Position numbers and translations under genes: made by a program. Positions 36,447 to 50,343 of a stretch of 64,000 nt of DNA are shown piece by piece. Each line of letters opens with the position of its first letter. Positions within the stretch are counted from its first letter, which is position 1. The stretch is taken from contig NW_027191411.1 in assembly GCF_041146345.1 (NCBI RefSeq), positions 62,001 through 126,000 on the forward strand. The letters run 5' to 3'. A model generated the notes under the pieces. That model was not told where the DNA came from and searched no databases. It worked only from the letters and a program-made list of their open reading frames with translations. This DNA comes from Neodothiora populina. Lineage: Eukaryota.

Positions 36447-37756
36447 AGGAATTTTTTTACTACAGACCGACAGGCGGTCCCAACACGGATTCTCCGTTGC
36501 TGTTTTTCAATGCAATGTCAGTGTCAGACCATGACACTGTCAAGCATGTAACCATAACTCGACGTCTGGTCGACGACTAGTACGTGATGCATCCGCTACA
36601 GCCACATGAGGTCCCTTGACCGATAGCATCTCCACACCAACAGGCAGAAATAAACGCCAAAGGTCGCATCTCATTTATGAACATTGGGCCATAGAATGAC
36701 GACGCTGTTGATGCGAAGGATGGCCAATGCGGGTCTCACTTACGACATCGATGCGTTCCGGTAGCTTGTCGGTATCTAGTCAGGACGCATAAGCTGATCA
36801 TCCCGGCTCGACGAAGACTTTGGAAGAAGCATATCCGGCCTTGATTCCAATGGATTTGGTGAAGCGTACGACGTCATCTCTCAAGGCATGTGAAAGCGGT
36901 CTCCACAATAGCAGAGGCACACGGGCGGAGAAGAGAGAAGAGAGTAGAGATGTAGGCAGAGGGGAAGGAAGCAGAGAGACTAGCCAATGCGAGACCATTG
37001 AAGCTATCTGGTTTGCAGGACGAAAACAAGAAACGAACATAATGACGCGGAGAGAGCTGGGCGGATAGAGGAGGATTATTGGCGAATGGTCAGATACCCC
37101 TGGGGGAACCGTGAGAATGTACTTTACGTAGCTCACAATTAATCGAATATCTCTTAGAAAGTTGTTCGTTAAACGCCGGATTTGGAGAAAGTGCAATGTC
37201 GTCGATCAAGATCTCTTCGTAGACCCCAGTTGACAGACGGAATATTCAAGAGCACACGATGAGACAAGTACCTGTTCACGCACGTCGTCTCGACGATCCG
37301 TCAATGAGAACATCTCTGCACAGCCCATGCGACAAAGATTACAGGTTGCAGATAAGGTATGTGTAAAGGTTAGAGGTTGAAGATGACTGTTTCCCCGCTT
37401 TTTCTACGAGTCGGCTACTTGATCTACGGCACCTTAACTTTGATCGCTCTGTGTAGCGCTGTGTTGCACTCTGTCGTCGAGACCGCAGGCCGAGAGAGGA
37501 AACTCGATTGTTGTTTTGTTATCACTTTCTCTAGTTTTGTAGTGCGGTGATGGAGACTGTTCCTCGTTCTTGAGTGGATGTGTACTTCGTAATGTAAATA
37601 TGTGGTATATAGGTACTGTGCTGAAAAGGATCGATATGTGTATATAATGTTGCTATGGCTATAGTAGGTAATCGTACCTTTCCCGTCGACTTCCTCAGCC
37701 CAGCACCTCTATACCACCATCTCGACCTCCAAATCACTCGGTTCTAGTTACATGCA

Positions 37757-39382
37757 ATGCCCACCTTCCACGCCCAGCCTCCCAAAAGACTCTTTGCTCC
37801 CCTCCCAGCCCCCAATCCCATCACTACGCGCCTATCGATACTCGACGCCACAGTAGTGCGCTTCTCGCCTTGCGCAGGAATATGGCTTTACGACCGCGAC
37901 GAAAACGCCAATGCACATGATGAAGCCTTCTTGCTGCAACTGGAGGCGAGTTTTCGAGAGACGCTAGGCGAGTATCCGCATTGGGCTGGGCAGGTTCGGT
38001 GGGGTCGTAGTGAGCTTGATGTTGGATCAGATGATGTATCAGAGGGTGCACATGACTTGGAGTCTGGATCCGGAAATCATCAGCGACTATATGGTCGACC
38101 GATTGTGGTCTACGGTAGCGGAGTTGATGTAGGGGTCGATTGGATCATCGCTGCCTGTGACTTTGACCTGGCGGATATTGTCCGCTCACAAGAGGCACGT
38201 TCCACTACACAGAAGATATGGATGGCTACGGAGTTTCCTCAGCAGGAACTTGTGCCTGCATCACAGCTGGCCTTGAACAACATGTCGGAGTTTGAGGGGC
38301 TGCCTGCTGTGGCGGTGCAGGTTACTGTGCTTAAATGCGGTGGGTATGGGATTAGTATGAAGATTACCCATTGTTTGGCAGATGCACACTGTCTCACTGG
38401 ATTTATGCATGCTTGGGCTGCGCGATCACGTAGTGCTGTGACGGGGTTGTCGAGGACATACAATCCCCGACCGGTTTTCGACCCGAATCTACTTGACCAA
38501 CACGCAGGCAAGATCACATCTGGTCCCTCGGACATGCAGATAGCCGAGACAGCTCGCGCTCTACCTATGCATCGCTTTGACTGGTGGTCAGAAGAAGCTC
38601 CCGGATGTCCTGGCTGGGCGAAGTCGTCTGCAGCCGCGACGAAACCTGCACTGGAAGTATTGGAAAAGCAGCAACTGAGTCCGTCTACGCACCCGCCATG
38701 GCCGGGTTGGAATATGTCATTACCCGTCAAACATGCCCAGATCCACTTCTCGGCGGACGAAATCCATAGAATGAAAGATGAAGCGACAGCATCACTTCCA
38801 TCAAGTCTTGCCACTCAACAAATTTCACGTCTGGACGCGCTTCTCGCGCACATCTGGATGCTCTTGAATCGAGCCAGAGGACACCAGGACATGCAAGACC
38901 CCGTATACATGGACATCACCCTCGGCCTTCGGGGTCGGGTATCGCCACCGTTGCCAGAGGGTTTTGTAGGATCACCGTTGCTGTTGATGTATATAAGCAG
39001 CACCGGCGCCGAAGCCAGCGAGAGTCCTCTGGGAAGGATAGCGGGTGAGATACGTCGAACGCTGAATCTCTTCACGCCCGACGCAATCTCGGCATGATTA
39101 CATGACGCCGCACACGAGAGTAGTCCACAGAGGCTCTGGCAGGCGTTTCTGGGATCTCAACACACTCTTGTCACCTCGTGGACACGACTGAATGCCTACC
39201 AAGTAGACTTCAGTGGCAGTGGGAAGTCAGCACGGTACGTGCAAGGTGTGATGCCGCATCTGGACGGTCTGGTACAGATCATGGATGCTGGGGACAGTGG
39301 CGGGTTCGATGTGACTTTGATGTTAGAGGAGGCATCAATGTGTAGACTTTTGGAGGATCCCCGTTTACGAGCTTTTGAATAG
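37757..39382 (+). pseudogene. CoA-dependent acyltransferase (Transferase/BAHD-Tri101-like) with one in-frame TGA at 39095-39097 (nonsense allele, readthrough or sequencing error)
   Basis: LSILD, YPHWAG, ITHCLADA (HxxxD), SRLDALLAHIW. After the TGA the same frame continues 94 codons (LHDAAHESSPQRLWQAFLGSQHTLVTSWTRLNAYQVDFSG..YVQGVMP..DG) to TAG 39380-39382. Confidence 0.75.
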
Positions 39383-40181
39383 GTCTTAAAACAGCGCGCT
39401 CGAGTTATATCTAAACCGAAAAGCTCGTGATCAGGCGAATCTCAGATTGCTTGCGTCTAGAAACTATCTGTCTTTCGTCAATATAATCTTTCATACGTGT
39501 ACATCTCGAGCATGATCAGTCCACTTGACGCAGAGATCGAGGATGCGCCGGATAATTAATAATGGACTGGGTCTGTGTTATATGAGATGGAGCGCGCGGT
39601 GCTCTGACAGCACACACGCACGAAGCACAGAAAACACAAATCGTCCAGATTGGCTTTGGGCATGACGACCAGGATCCCCTGCTAGCAGCAAAGGTAGATA
39701 GGGCGAGCGTACTGTAGGACAAAGCGGGAGAGGGGAATTCGGCTTAAAATCATGACAAGCTGAATCGAAAGCAACATGGCTGGAACAAAGAAGGTTCATG
39801 GCGGTGATATGTAGAGTGGAATATCATCTTCACCCACTCATACACCAAGTCTCATGAGAAATGATCATCAAGCCCAATCTATCAACAGGCCCAAGTCTAG
39901 TCCAACAACGCACAAATACAGAAGATTGAGGGTCTCCTACCGACGATCTTTACGGGTTTTTCAGCTACACGACAACACAGCAGAAAACGCACCAAACCAG
40001 GACGGGAGCTTGGCGTGGCTGGCGGAGCACGAACCCCGGACTTTTTTGTGTTATTGTTTGGGGTTTCAGATTCACGATTTATGCATAGATGCAATCGTCA
40101 GGGCTCCAATGCATGCGCCTGTCGTTGATCCGATCGAGCAGCGAGGCCTCTATATTCCGTGAGGCTCATAAAATAGAGTCG

Positions 40182-43100
40182 ATGGTGTCGCCAAAGAGAG
40201 GTTCGACAACGGCAGCGACGACGTCGTCGGCAAACGACCGATTGGGAAGGAGCAATGCAGATGAGGAAAGAAGTCGAAACAGCCACAACATAGAGGAAGG
40301 TCCGAAAGAGGAAGAAGCTACACAAGAGGCAGTCGCAGAAGGAGACATGACGACGCGAAGTGATGCGCGCCGTCAACATGACCAGCAGCGTCAACAACAA
40401 TACCGAAACAGCCAACAAGCGACCACAGATGAGATGGACGATGCCCATGTGGATGCTGCAAGACTGATTGGGAAGCTACGTGCTGCTCTGCAAAACAACC
40501 CCAATAATCAAAACAACCACGATGACGACAACGACGACGATCTGCCGCCCCTGCCCAGCGACGACGAGGACGAGGACAGCTTCCTGAGATCCAATGCTAG
40601 TTTCCTGGACACGGACAGAGACGACCAGCTTCGAAGCGATGCGGGACACAGCACCGTCGACGAACGCGAGCTTCGAAGACACTTGATGGATGTCGAGTCG
40701 AGCTTTCTACCCGATGTCGCACCTTATGCGCCAGCGGAAGGAAGAGTCGGAGCCGATGACACCTATGTCAACCTTGGATCCCCAGATGATAGACCACCGG
40801 TCAGTAATATATTAGGCCTCCCATTGGACGAGTCTACAGCAAGTACAGCCGGCAAGGGAATGAGAAACAGTCGACAGCAACTGCGGGAACACAGCGGCGA
40901 CGAAGAAGAAGATCATGACGAATCAATCAATTCTCATCATGATGGGCGGGAGAGTTACAGGAGCCATAATTCCACTACGGACGAGGACGATGAAATGTCT
41001 GCCACTGACATTCAGCCCTCCTCTCCGGCTGCGGCTGCCGCACAGCGTACACATGGCCGGACTCACTCTCACAATGATCGCACAATCTACCAGTACGAAG
41101 GCGAGAATGGCGATGTCTCTCCTCGCCGACGTTCTATCAGTAGCCCAATGGTCCCCGATCTGTCTGTCGCCTCTCCGCAACCACAGGATATTGGTCTTCC
41201 ACCATCCGAGCGAGGCTCACTCCTAACCTTAAACAGTGTCCACTCACTTTCTCCGTCTCGTCTGGCCAAGAGACCAAACTACTTCTCGTCCAGGAGCCTT
41301 CTCAGTTCACACTCATTTGCTGGTGAATCAGTCATCTCCCCCGACGATAGTGGTCTCGACGCAGACTATGCTCTCCAGACTGGTGGTGCAATCCCCTCGA
41401 ATGTCGATCGTTCAGCCCAGAGTCATGGGTCAACCAATGCTCTATCTCGACTCCCGAGTTTTGGCAGTGTGGTATCGGCAGTGTCACGAGAGAGCAACGA
41501 CGAAAAGCCCATGTTCAATCGCGGTGTGAGCGGAATCTCTGTACTCGCGAGTCTGCGCAGCGACAGGCAGCTCGACAGGCTCGAGGAGGAAGATAGGAGC
41601 TCCGTCCTCTCTGATCCTATGACACCTCGCCCACAGACTGCATACGCTTTCGCCGCTCCAACTGACACCGTTATTGCTCAACATGTCCAGAACATCCAAG
41701 TTCCCGATACGATCGCCCGCGAGTACCACCAGCGCAACGGCTCGATATCGCCGGACAAATCACGCCCCGAGTCCGCAAGCACCATCACATTCCAAGGCGC
41801 CAGACCCCGTAGTAGCAACCTCACCTTGAAGGAGCAGAACAGCAAGATCGACAAATTGACCAAGGAGAACTTTGATCTCAAACTCAAGATCCATTTCCTC
41901 GATCAAGCCTTACAGAACAGATCCGACGAAGGAGTCAAGGACATGATTAACAAGAATGTCCAATTCCAGACCGATCTGGCGAACGAGAGAAAGGAAAATC
42001 AGAGCCTGCGTAGACACGTCAGAGAACTAGAACGAAAGTTTAGAGAAAAGGAAGAAGAACTGGCCGAGGCGAAGAAGAGCGCCGAGGAAGCCGCGGCAGC
42101 AGGCTCGAACGAAGAGCTCGAGTACGAAATCACCCAACTAAGCGAGGAAGTCGACCGATGTCAGATCAAGATAACCCGTCTGTCGGCCGACAACATGGCG
42201 AAAGACATCGAAAAGAGGAAACTGGCCGAGCACATTTCTGCCTTGACTAGTAAGAAAGGACACGAAATGAGTGCCGCCGAAGAGGAGTCGGTAAGTACAA
42301 AGCCTTCTTCAATATTGCCACAAATAATGTACTTACTCCAGCTGTTCAGGAAATGTGGAAAGATCTGCTCACTACCGAAACTGCACGACGAGAACAAGCC
42401 GAGGACGACGCACGCAAGCTCAGAGAAGAGCTTGTGCTACTTCGTAGCGAAAAGGCCAGTGAGGCGGCTAGCAAGACTTTTGGCAACCATCTCAGGAGGC
42501 AGCAGAGATTCGATTCTCGCTCAGTCTCCCGCGACAGCTCTGATACGCAGGAGCGCGGTGGTGCCAACTCTTCCAGCAGTGTCACTCTCGTCGAGCAGCT
42601 TAGACACGAGAATGCCGAGTTGCGACGTGATCTTGGAGCACAGACTTCGATGCTGACGTCTCGCAATAAGGAGAGGGAGCGCTTGCAGCAGGAAATTGAG
42701 GATCTCAAGCTCCTAAGTCGGAGGGGCGATGGATCTCGATCGATTGCAGGCGATAGTATCCTCGATCGCTCGATATCGCGTCAACACCAACGGGCGACGT
42801 CTCGTGCAAGCGGTCAAACCATGACCACTCACATGAGCGATACCGAGCGTGATGAATGGGAACGACGAGAAGGTGCTCTCCGAGATCAAAACGCTGCACT
42901 GAGAATGGACTACCAAGAGCTAGAACGAGAATTTATGGCACGAAACGGCTATGTGGACGAGCTCGAGAATGAAGTCGAAACTCTCGAGAATACCTACGAT
43001 TCAGCCGTGCAGGATCTACAAGCTCTGCAGAAAGAGCGAGATGCTGCGTTACAAGCGTTAGACGATCGCGAACGTGAAGCAGCCAATCTGAAGGTGCAAT

Positions 43101-45061
43101 ACGAGAAGCTCAAGGATGAAGCAGTCACTGCTATCAATGAGCTAGAGGGCGACCTCGATGCACGAGAGGAAGAGGCGAAGCGGTTTGCCTCTGACCTGAA
43201 AGATCGTGAGGACGATTTCATTGCTCTTCAGCGTGAGCTGCGGGACCTCAACAACAGCTTGATGCAACTAGAGGATGATCGAGCCGTTGCTCTCAAGAAG
43301 ATCGAAGCACTAGAACAAGAACTCGACGAGGCTACCCAAGAGCTGGAAGCTCAGGACAAGAAGCTTCGTGAGACCACCCAGAAGAACGAAAGACTTGAAG
43401 TCCAGCACGAGTCGCTGCATAGTGAAATCTCTTTCCTGCGGGAGGAACAAGAAGGAGACAAGATCAAGATCGGCGACCTTGAGAACAGTCTCAACGCTGC
43501 ACAGCAATCCATCAACGACGAAAGAGAAAAGATGCAAGAGATCGAAGAGAGTCTTGTCGAGGAACGACGACAGCGCGAGATCGTTGATAACCAATCCAAG
43601 CAAGAGGTCCAGAAGGTGCTCAACGATCTCAATGTTGAAAACTCAAAATCGAAAGACGAGGTTAGACGACTGCGTCGTGCGCTTAGCTCGAAGGAAATTG
43701 AAGCTACGAGCTTCAAGAAGAGTCTGGATGAAATCGAAAGCAACTTGCGAAGAGCGCTGGGTGACTTCAACGGCAAACGGACTGGCTGGTTCATCGAGAT
43801 CGAGAGGCTACAGAATGATCTTGACGCGACCATGGACGAACTCGAGAAGACAAGAGGTGTACTCTCTGAAAGGGAGCGTGTGCTTCGAGACCGCGATGCC
43901 CTCCTCGAAAGCACTGGTCTCGAAAGTCGCAGACTCAATGATCTTCTTGACAAAGAGCGTGAGGCGCGCAGGCGCGACTTGCATCAATACGAGATGTCTC
44001 AGCGTGGCCACTCTTTAAGCAGTCGTCAAACAGCGCAGCATGAGTCGCGTCTCCTGGAGCTAGAGACTGCTCGCACCCAAGACAGGCGGAAGATGGCGAT
44101 GCTCGAACAACAGTACCGCGACCAGCTTATCGATCGCAACAATCTTCTTCTGGCGTTGTGGAACCGTCTATCGACACTTTGCGGCGTCGAGTGGGCACAA
44201 AACCACGGCCTGATCAATGGCGAGGTCCCGTCAGTCGATGTCATCGCTCGCAGTTTCCAGGGTTTCAACAGAAACATTGTCGACGCAGTACGTACCATCG
44301 AGTCGCTCATGGGATCATTCAAACAACGTATCCGCGGCATCGAGAAGACGTTCGCGAAAGACTACCAAACCCTCTCCATCAACCTCGATGGCCGCATCAA
44401 GCGCATGGACTTCCTTGAGCGAGCAGTCAAAGACGCGCAAGACCAAATCGAAGAACAAGGGCGCGAACAAGCACACCTCCGCTTACAGCAAAACACCAAC
44501 CGCAGCAGCACCAAAAGCCTCGAAGAGATCGGAAAGCTCAAACAAGAGATCAAAGTCTTGAAGACCGAAGTGAGGTTTTACAAGCAGTCCGCGCCACAGC
44601 AGCAGCAGCAGCAGCAGCAAGGATCCAATTCATCTGTATCGGAAGGAGTAACCCGGCGCGGCTCGGGCACGTCGATGCTGCATCCCCGGAACATCGCTAA
44701 CAGCCTGATGCGCCACCACTCAACAAACGCAGTCGAACAACTCCAGAACCAACCGAACTCGTCTCGTCAACAACCAATCGTCATCGCCACGCCACCAATC
44801 CAGCCCTCAGAGCAAAGACTAGCGCACCGCCTCAAGGAAATGGAGCGAAGACTGAAAGCCGAGCGTGAGGGACGTCTCCTTGACCGCAGAGGAGCGAGAC
44901 AGAGACTGGAAGAGATGAATGCCGAGGTCGAAGAATTGAATCTGCAGTTGGATCGCGAGAAGGAGAGGCGCGAGAGTATTAGTTACAACAATGACGACGA
45001 TGAAGACAGGGAGAGTGTTGTGCGTGGGCGAAACAGAGGTCGGGATGGTAGTGTTGATTGA
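40182..45061 (+). CDS. apsB: Gamma-tubulin complex receptor / MTOC protein ApsB (Mto1-like), 2 exons
   Basis: CM1 motif LTLKEQNSKIDKLTKENFDLKLKIHFL, long coiled coils, C-terminal RLKEMERRLKAEREGRLLDRRGARQRLEE. Intron 42291-42349. Confidence 0.85.
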
Positions 45062-45794
45062 CGGAGTGGCCGATCTCCACGCTGGTCTCTGAACTTATGC
45101 GTCAACGGAAAGGGATAAGGCGTAGGTTCTATCGGATTTTTTTTCGTTCTTGTCTCGCGGACTATTATTTCGTTGATGACTTTTGGGCTTTGGAATGCCA
45201 GCTGCATTGTAACATTATCACTTCTTATTACCTTCTAGCTACTGCATATATACATTATCTTTTCACACCATCTGAGAAATTCACGTTGCCCACGAGGCTC
45301 TTGCCAGTTCACAAAAGTTCTTCGCGCACTGACAGTGGTAATTGATCAGCTTGACTTTGACCGGGGTAAAGTAAGGAACCCACGATCGAGATACATTCCT
45401 CATCATGAACACCGCCTCAAATTTCACAGCAGGGTCGGCTCGTCTAGGTGAACGGCTTGACACTGCATCTGTTTGATGATGTCTACCACCAGCTACTGTG
45501 TATGATACGAGGTTACCATGTGCCCTTGCAAGCTATTACAGATCACACAGCAGCTAAGAGGGTTCGATCATGACACAGACATTGCACCAAAAGAACAACA
45601 AGATGCAGGCAACAAGTTTCAGTAGGATGCAAGGCTCATCGCAGGAGCAAGTTCATGTTGAATATCTAGAGTACAACTGAAGAATGTGATTATCCCTCAA
45701 GTTCGAAGCACATCGTGCTCACAGCTCGTTGCTGTCATGCTGTCGACCATGGTGAAGATGAGATTTCGACACACGCGCTCGCAGAGATCTGGGT

Positions 45795-46209
45795 CTAGTG
45801 CTTGTCCAGGCCTTGTGCTCATGTTAGCAAAAGCGTCAGATGACGGACTTCAATGCAACTCACCAACGGCGGACTTGATCTTGTCGCCAACAGTAGCGTC
45901 AGAGTGGGACGCGTCAACGGTAGCCTGGGTGGAAGACTTGGTGGAGTCAGGCTGAAGGACACTGGAAGGAATCATCTGTCAGCGATAATCTGAACCAGCT
46001 GCATTGCTGAAAAAACAACTCACGATCCGGCGTGATCGGCCTTTCCGGAGACGACGTCTCTGGTGTGCTCGGTGGTTGACTTGTGAGTGTCAGGGGTGAT
46101 GGTCTCGGTGACCTTGGAAGTCAAGTCCTTGCGTCCCTGCAAACTGGTCAGCAGTGCTTTGATGATGATGATGATGATGATAAGAGGCAAGACGTACGGG
46201 GTCAGACAT
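45795..46209 (-). CDS. HSP12: Hsp12/Hsp9 family small stress protein, 4 exons
   Basis: Spliced MSDP/GRKDLTSKVTETITPDTHKSTTEHTRDVVSGKADHAGS/VLQPDSTKSSTQATVD..VGDKIKSAVG/LDKH*. Confidence 0.88.
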
Positions 46210-46730
46210 GGTGGCTGATTGGGTCGGATGTAGTGGTTGGTTGAAAGTGTGATGGAAAAAAGTTGAACGTGAGTTGAAGGCTGAAGTCTGCTGAGATTTT
46301 CTGATGTTGGTTGATGAAGAGAAGAAGATGAAGTGGAACAGCGAAAAGCTGAGTATTTATCTCTGTGTAGAAGTCCACGCAAACGGCAGGTGCTGCAGTC
46401 ATTGAATCTCAACAAGTTGTACGTCACTGCGTTGTGTATTAGAGTCTATTTCTTGAGGAAGTCGCAACACGTTGATCACGACAGATGAGATTCAGGTACC
46501 TTTAGTACTTCGCACTGAAAACACAGTGAGGTAAGGTAAGGTAGATAGAAGGGGTACTTGTGGTCTACCCAGACATTGACTATTCGTAAATTCGTGAAGC
46601 GACAATAGTGCTCTCCATGCAATCGAGCGCCGTGTAATCTGAGTCTTGCAAGCGCTGTTTCGCTTCAGAAATAAAGAGAGAAAAGAGAAAAAGGGAACAA
46701 AAAACGCGTTCGACAGAGCTGTATGAAGCC

Positions 46731-47723
46731 TCAGTCGCCAAAAAGCACCATAATATCCGGCGACTTTGTAAAATAATCTCGGGCCCTCTTTCCTTTACTA
46801 GAGTTGAAAAGGAAGAGGAAGGTGACCACCGTCTTCAAGGAAGCAACCAGCAAAAGGCCGAGAGTCGGGTTGACGAATTTCCCTACAACAGCACCAACAA
46901 AAGCTCCACCCAGCATTGAGAAATAGAAAGCTAGCCTCCGATTCCTGGAAGCATTCTTTGCATGAAAGAGCTTCTCATCCGCGACGAATTGTACAATAGC
47001 ACCAGTGACCATTGTCGTATTAAGTTCGGGCATACGCACACACAAAGCCAGTGAGATCTGTCCACCGCACGCAAAGCTGAGCATGGCAATGACACCAAGC
47101 GCGAAAGGGCCCGTCCTTTCGTCTGAGCCCCAGAAGCGTAGCGCAGTGGCGCCAAAGACGAGGGTCGTCTGCATCAGGTTGGTGATCAGCAGCCATAGTC
47201 GTCTCTTCTGCCCGAACCAGTTGCCAAGATGACCAAAGATGGTAGCGCCAGCTACAAAGAGTGAGATAGCCACGGCGACATTAGGTTCCGTCTGGATGAC
47301 TACTTTATTCTGGACGGCAGCCAATGCTAGGAGGATTGTGTTGCCGGTCTGCTTGGACGTGAAGACACTGTACGAGGGAAATGTCGTTGCGTCAAGTATA
47401 CCGGTTGCAAAAGATAGTATGAGAAGTTCGACCTCCAACAGGATATCATGAGCGATATCTTGGTCGAAGAATGCTGGTAGTCTGTGTTCCCGTGGTAGAT
47501 GTCTGATCTGTGCCTCGAGATCCGAGGGGTCGGCTATACGTGCCGAGGACGCAATGTCAAATGAGTATGGAGGCGTCGTGCGTGTTGAAATGCCAGATAC
47601 TTGTGAACGTTGTTAGATCAAGAGCATCATCACACTCATGTAGGCTATACTGTACATACCGAAATTGATATGCTTCTCGGAGTCCGGTGATGCAGCCATG
47701 ATCGGATCTCTCGACGTTGCCAT
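46731..47723 (-). CDS. DUF1275 (YoaK-like) membrane protein, 2 exons
   Basis: LLILSFATGILDATTF..VFTSKQTGNT.LLA, ELNTTMVTG..D.KLF..N..RNRR. The ATG exon (MATSRDP...) splices via a GTATGT..CTAAC..AAG intron at about 47659-47600. Confidence 0.85.
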
Positions 47724-49755
47724 GGCTCCAGGATTCTCGGATATCGATTGACAACTATATTTGCAAATCAAGGCACAGTCAATGTGATGCACGATCTGTA
47801 AACTGCACAAGAGCTCGCTGCCTTTTGGTGATGCTTTCTGAACATTTCACAGGGGAGGCCCGGAACACACTTATAGGCACGCATGGAAGCTCTCAAATCG
47901 TTGGGCATATCCTGCATGATCAACATCGCAATATAGAGGCACACGAACGCTGTATCAGCACTTTGGAGAGTTGCCAGCTCCAAGCATTATTGGCATCTGG
48001 CTCAGCCCTTGCTTGTGGGTTTTGCGGGCTTGGCTGTAGTAATTTATAGAGTCAAATTACGCGTCGGTTAATGATGGTAAAATAATGGGAGATGTGGATG
48101 GTCTAGATAAGCTCGTCAATCGACGTGTGCCAATGTTGGGAACGGTGGCTCAGAATCCAAGAGAACTTGTCGTCTAGAAGAACCTATCAGAATCGACAGC
48201 CAATATGCACTTCTTGACGATGAAGGCATATGTTTCGACGGTTCGGCCCTTCCCACACTTGGCCTTAAAGTAAGATGCATGATGAACTATGAGGCGAGTG
48301 GAGCCGGCTCGGAAGGGTGCTATCTAGACTTTGCTGTGCATCGAAACGTCAGTATACTTTACGAAAGAGGGAAACATACACGAACTTTATCGGGGTCTTC
48401 CTTGTGCCAGCGATTGGATAGCCTCTGACTGTCTATTTTGCTAGGAAACGCCGCGAGCCTGATAACAGACGCTCTATAGAAGACTGGACGGTGTTGTCAT
48501 CTCGCGTTGGACTTTTGCTTATGCCAACGGCGTGCTCTTCTGAGCAGTTGTGCGGGCTGTAGTAAAATCATACCCGGAGTCATACGGAATACACAGTTTA
48601 TCGACTGATGGGCCTAGGCTTCCACTGCAAGAGATCTCCGACCCACCTTTCTCCATCAGAAACATACTGTGGCCAGCACTGGTGAATACGACTGCCGAGA
48701 GTATAGTACGCTCCAAAGTCGATCGAGGGACCACAGCGACCCAAGCGCCGGATGCGTCCGGTGGGTTAACGGCTAGAGCACCAGTGGTGGAACAGTTATA
48801 GGTGCTATTCTCAGGCTAAATGTGTGTTAACAACGATCACAGCTCAGACGCTCCTACTTAGCTGAACGCCCCTAGAGATGGTCGGGGCTTGGAACGATAT
48901 GCCTCTCAGACACACCTTAATCAGAGGTCATGTCATGCTTAGACTCGCTCATTCCCCATGGGAGTCACAGAAGGTTCAGCAATGGTCATCTCACGAACCT
49001 TCATCTCCAATGTGCAGTACTTGACAGAGATTGGTCGTGTGTTAACAGTCTTACTCGCTCCCAAGCGATCGATATAGTATAATGCGAACATGCTTTGAAA
49101 TCAATTAGCTCATATCACGAAAGTTCCACGCGTCTGCAGCCCGACGGTATGCGCAATATCGAACATCAATATGCCTTCGACGCGCACATATTATGTGGGC
49201 CAGCCAGTGGGTTTCCTGTGTGACATTCCGCTGGCGGTGCATAATTCCTTGGCACTGCACGGGTGTCTTGGCTGGGAACATCTCCGCAGCCTCTATTGGG
49301 CACGATCAAGCTACTGCACCACACCCTTAATATAAACCACATACTTACGCAGTTGCTGCGACACCTTTGTTCCCCTGTCACACTGAGATGGCGACCTTCA
49401 GATGCCAAGCCATGATTTCCTTCATGTGTAGCATGTGCCAACGTCGACACCTTGTGCCTCCTGCCCAGTGTTTCCGAAAAGCGGGTCGCTGCAGGTCAAA
49501 CACCTCCAAACTGACCAAACGAGGGAGTTGATCGTCATAGGCTAACAGAACCCTTGCATGTGCTTTCGTCGTTCCTGCATTTCCTACGACATTTTGTACG
49601 ATACAAACCAGTGACTGTTTACCTCTGCTCAAATAAGAAACATTACTTTTGAAAAGATCGTCTTTCATTACCTACTCAACCATCTTATATCTTTCTCATT
49701 CAGACAATTCGCCAACACAAGTGTGCCGTCATAGCAAATCACATCAGTAACCATC

Positions 49756-50343
49756 ATGTTTTTCACTACCGCTCTCATCTCTCTTGTCGCCGCTGGCGCA
49801 TCGGCAATGCCATCTCAGATGCAGGAAAGAGCCCCTGGTGGCGTAAGTGCTATCAATCGAAGCATGTGAATCTGCTTGGGCGAGTGCGGCCCTGTCTAAC
49901 ATATATGACACCTGCAGGTCTACTTCTGTACCGGTGCCAACTTCACCGGATCATGTCAGCAGCAGAACTACGCGCTGAACAAATGTGTTGACTTCCCCAC
50001 CGGCTTCAACAAGACCATCTCATCGTTCGGCCCCGAGAAGGGTGCCGAGTGTCTACTGATGCAGTACGTGTTCGCGATACCAGTCTTCCCGCACCTTCCC
50101 ATGATCCACCAACCTAAATCATCCTTGTCTCTCTTCTGCCCTATCGTGATAAATGACGATATGACTGATGCATTGAGCTATAGGGGCCACTGCAACGCAA
50201 ACGAGGACTACTATTCGATCACATACCCCGGTGTCTCCGACTTGAGCACCATCAGCGAGGACAACATCGCGACCAGTTACATCTGCCTTGAGGAGTTCAG
50301 CGACGCAGCAGCCAAGACTCGCGTTCTCAATACGATTCTTTAG
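49756..50343 (+). CDS. Small secreted Cys-containing protein, beta/gamma-crystallin-like repeats, 3 exons
   Basis: Signal peptide MFFTTALISLVAAGASA.P, then VYFCTGANFTGSCQ..CVDFPTGFNKTISSFGPEKG.EC..CNA..ITYPGVSDL..DNIATSYIC. Introns about 49843-49917 and 50064-50183. Confidence 0.75.

Noticed and set aside
43310..44561. Multiple long antisense or alternative-frame ORFs within apsB (and similarly within JJJ1, the amidases and CSR1)
   Set aside because: Expected shadow ORFs from codon bias in GC-rich coding sequence.
44598..44620. (CAG)n tract
   Set aside because: Short polyQ inside ApsB; an ordinary low-complexity region.
48519..48734. Short ORF ending ARTTAQKST, reminiscent of the histone H3 tail
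   Set aside because: Non-ATG start, only a partial 9-residue resemblance, no gene structure; likely chance.
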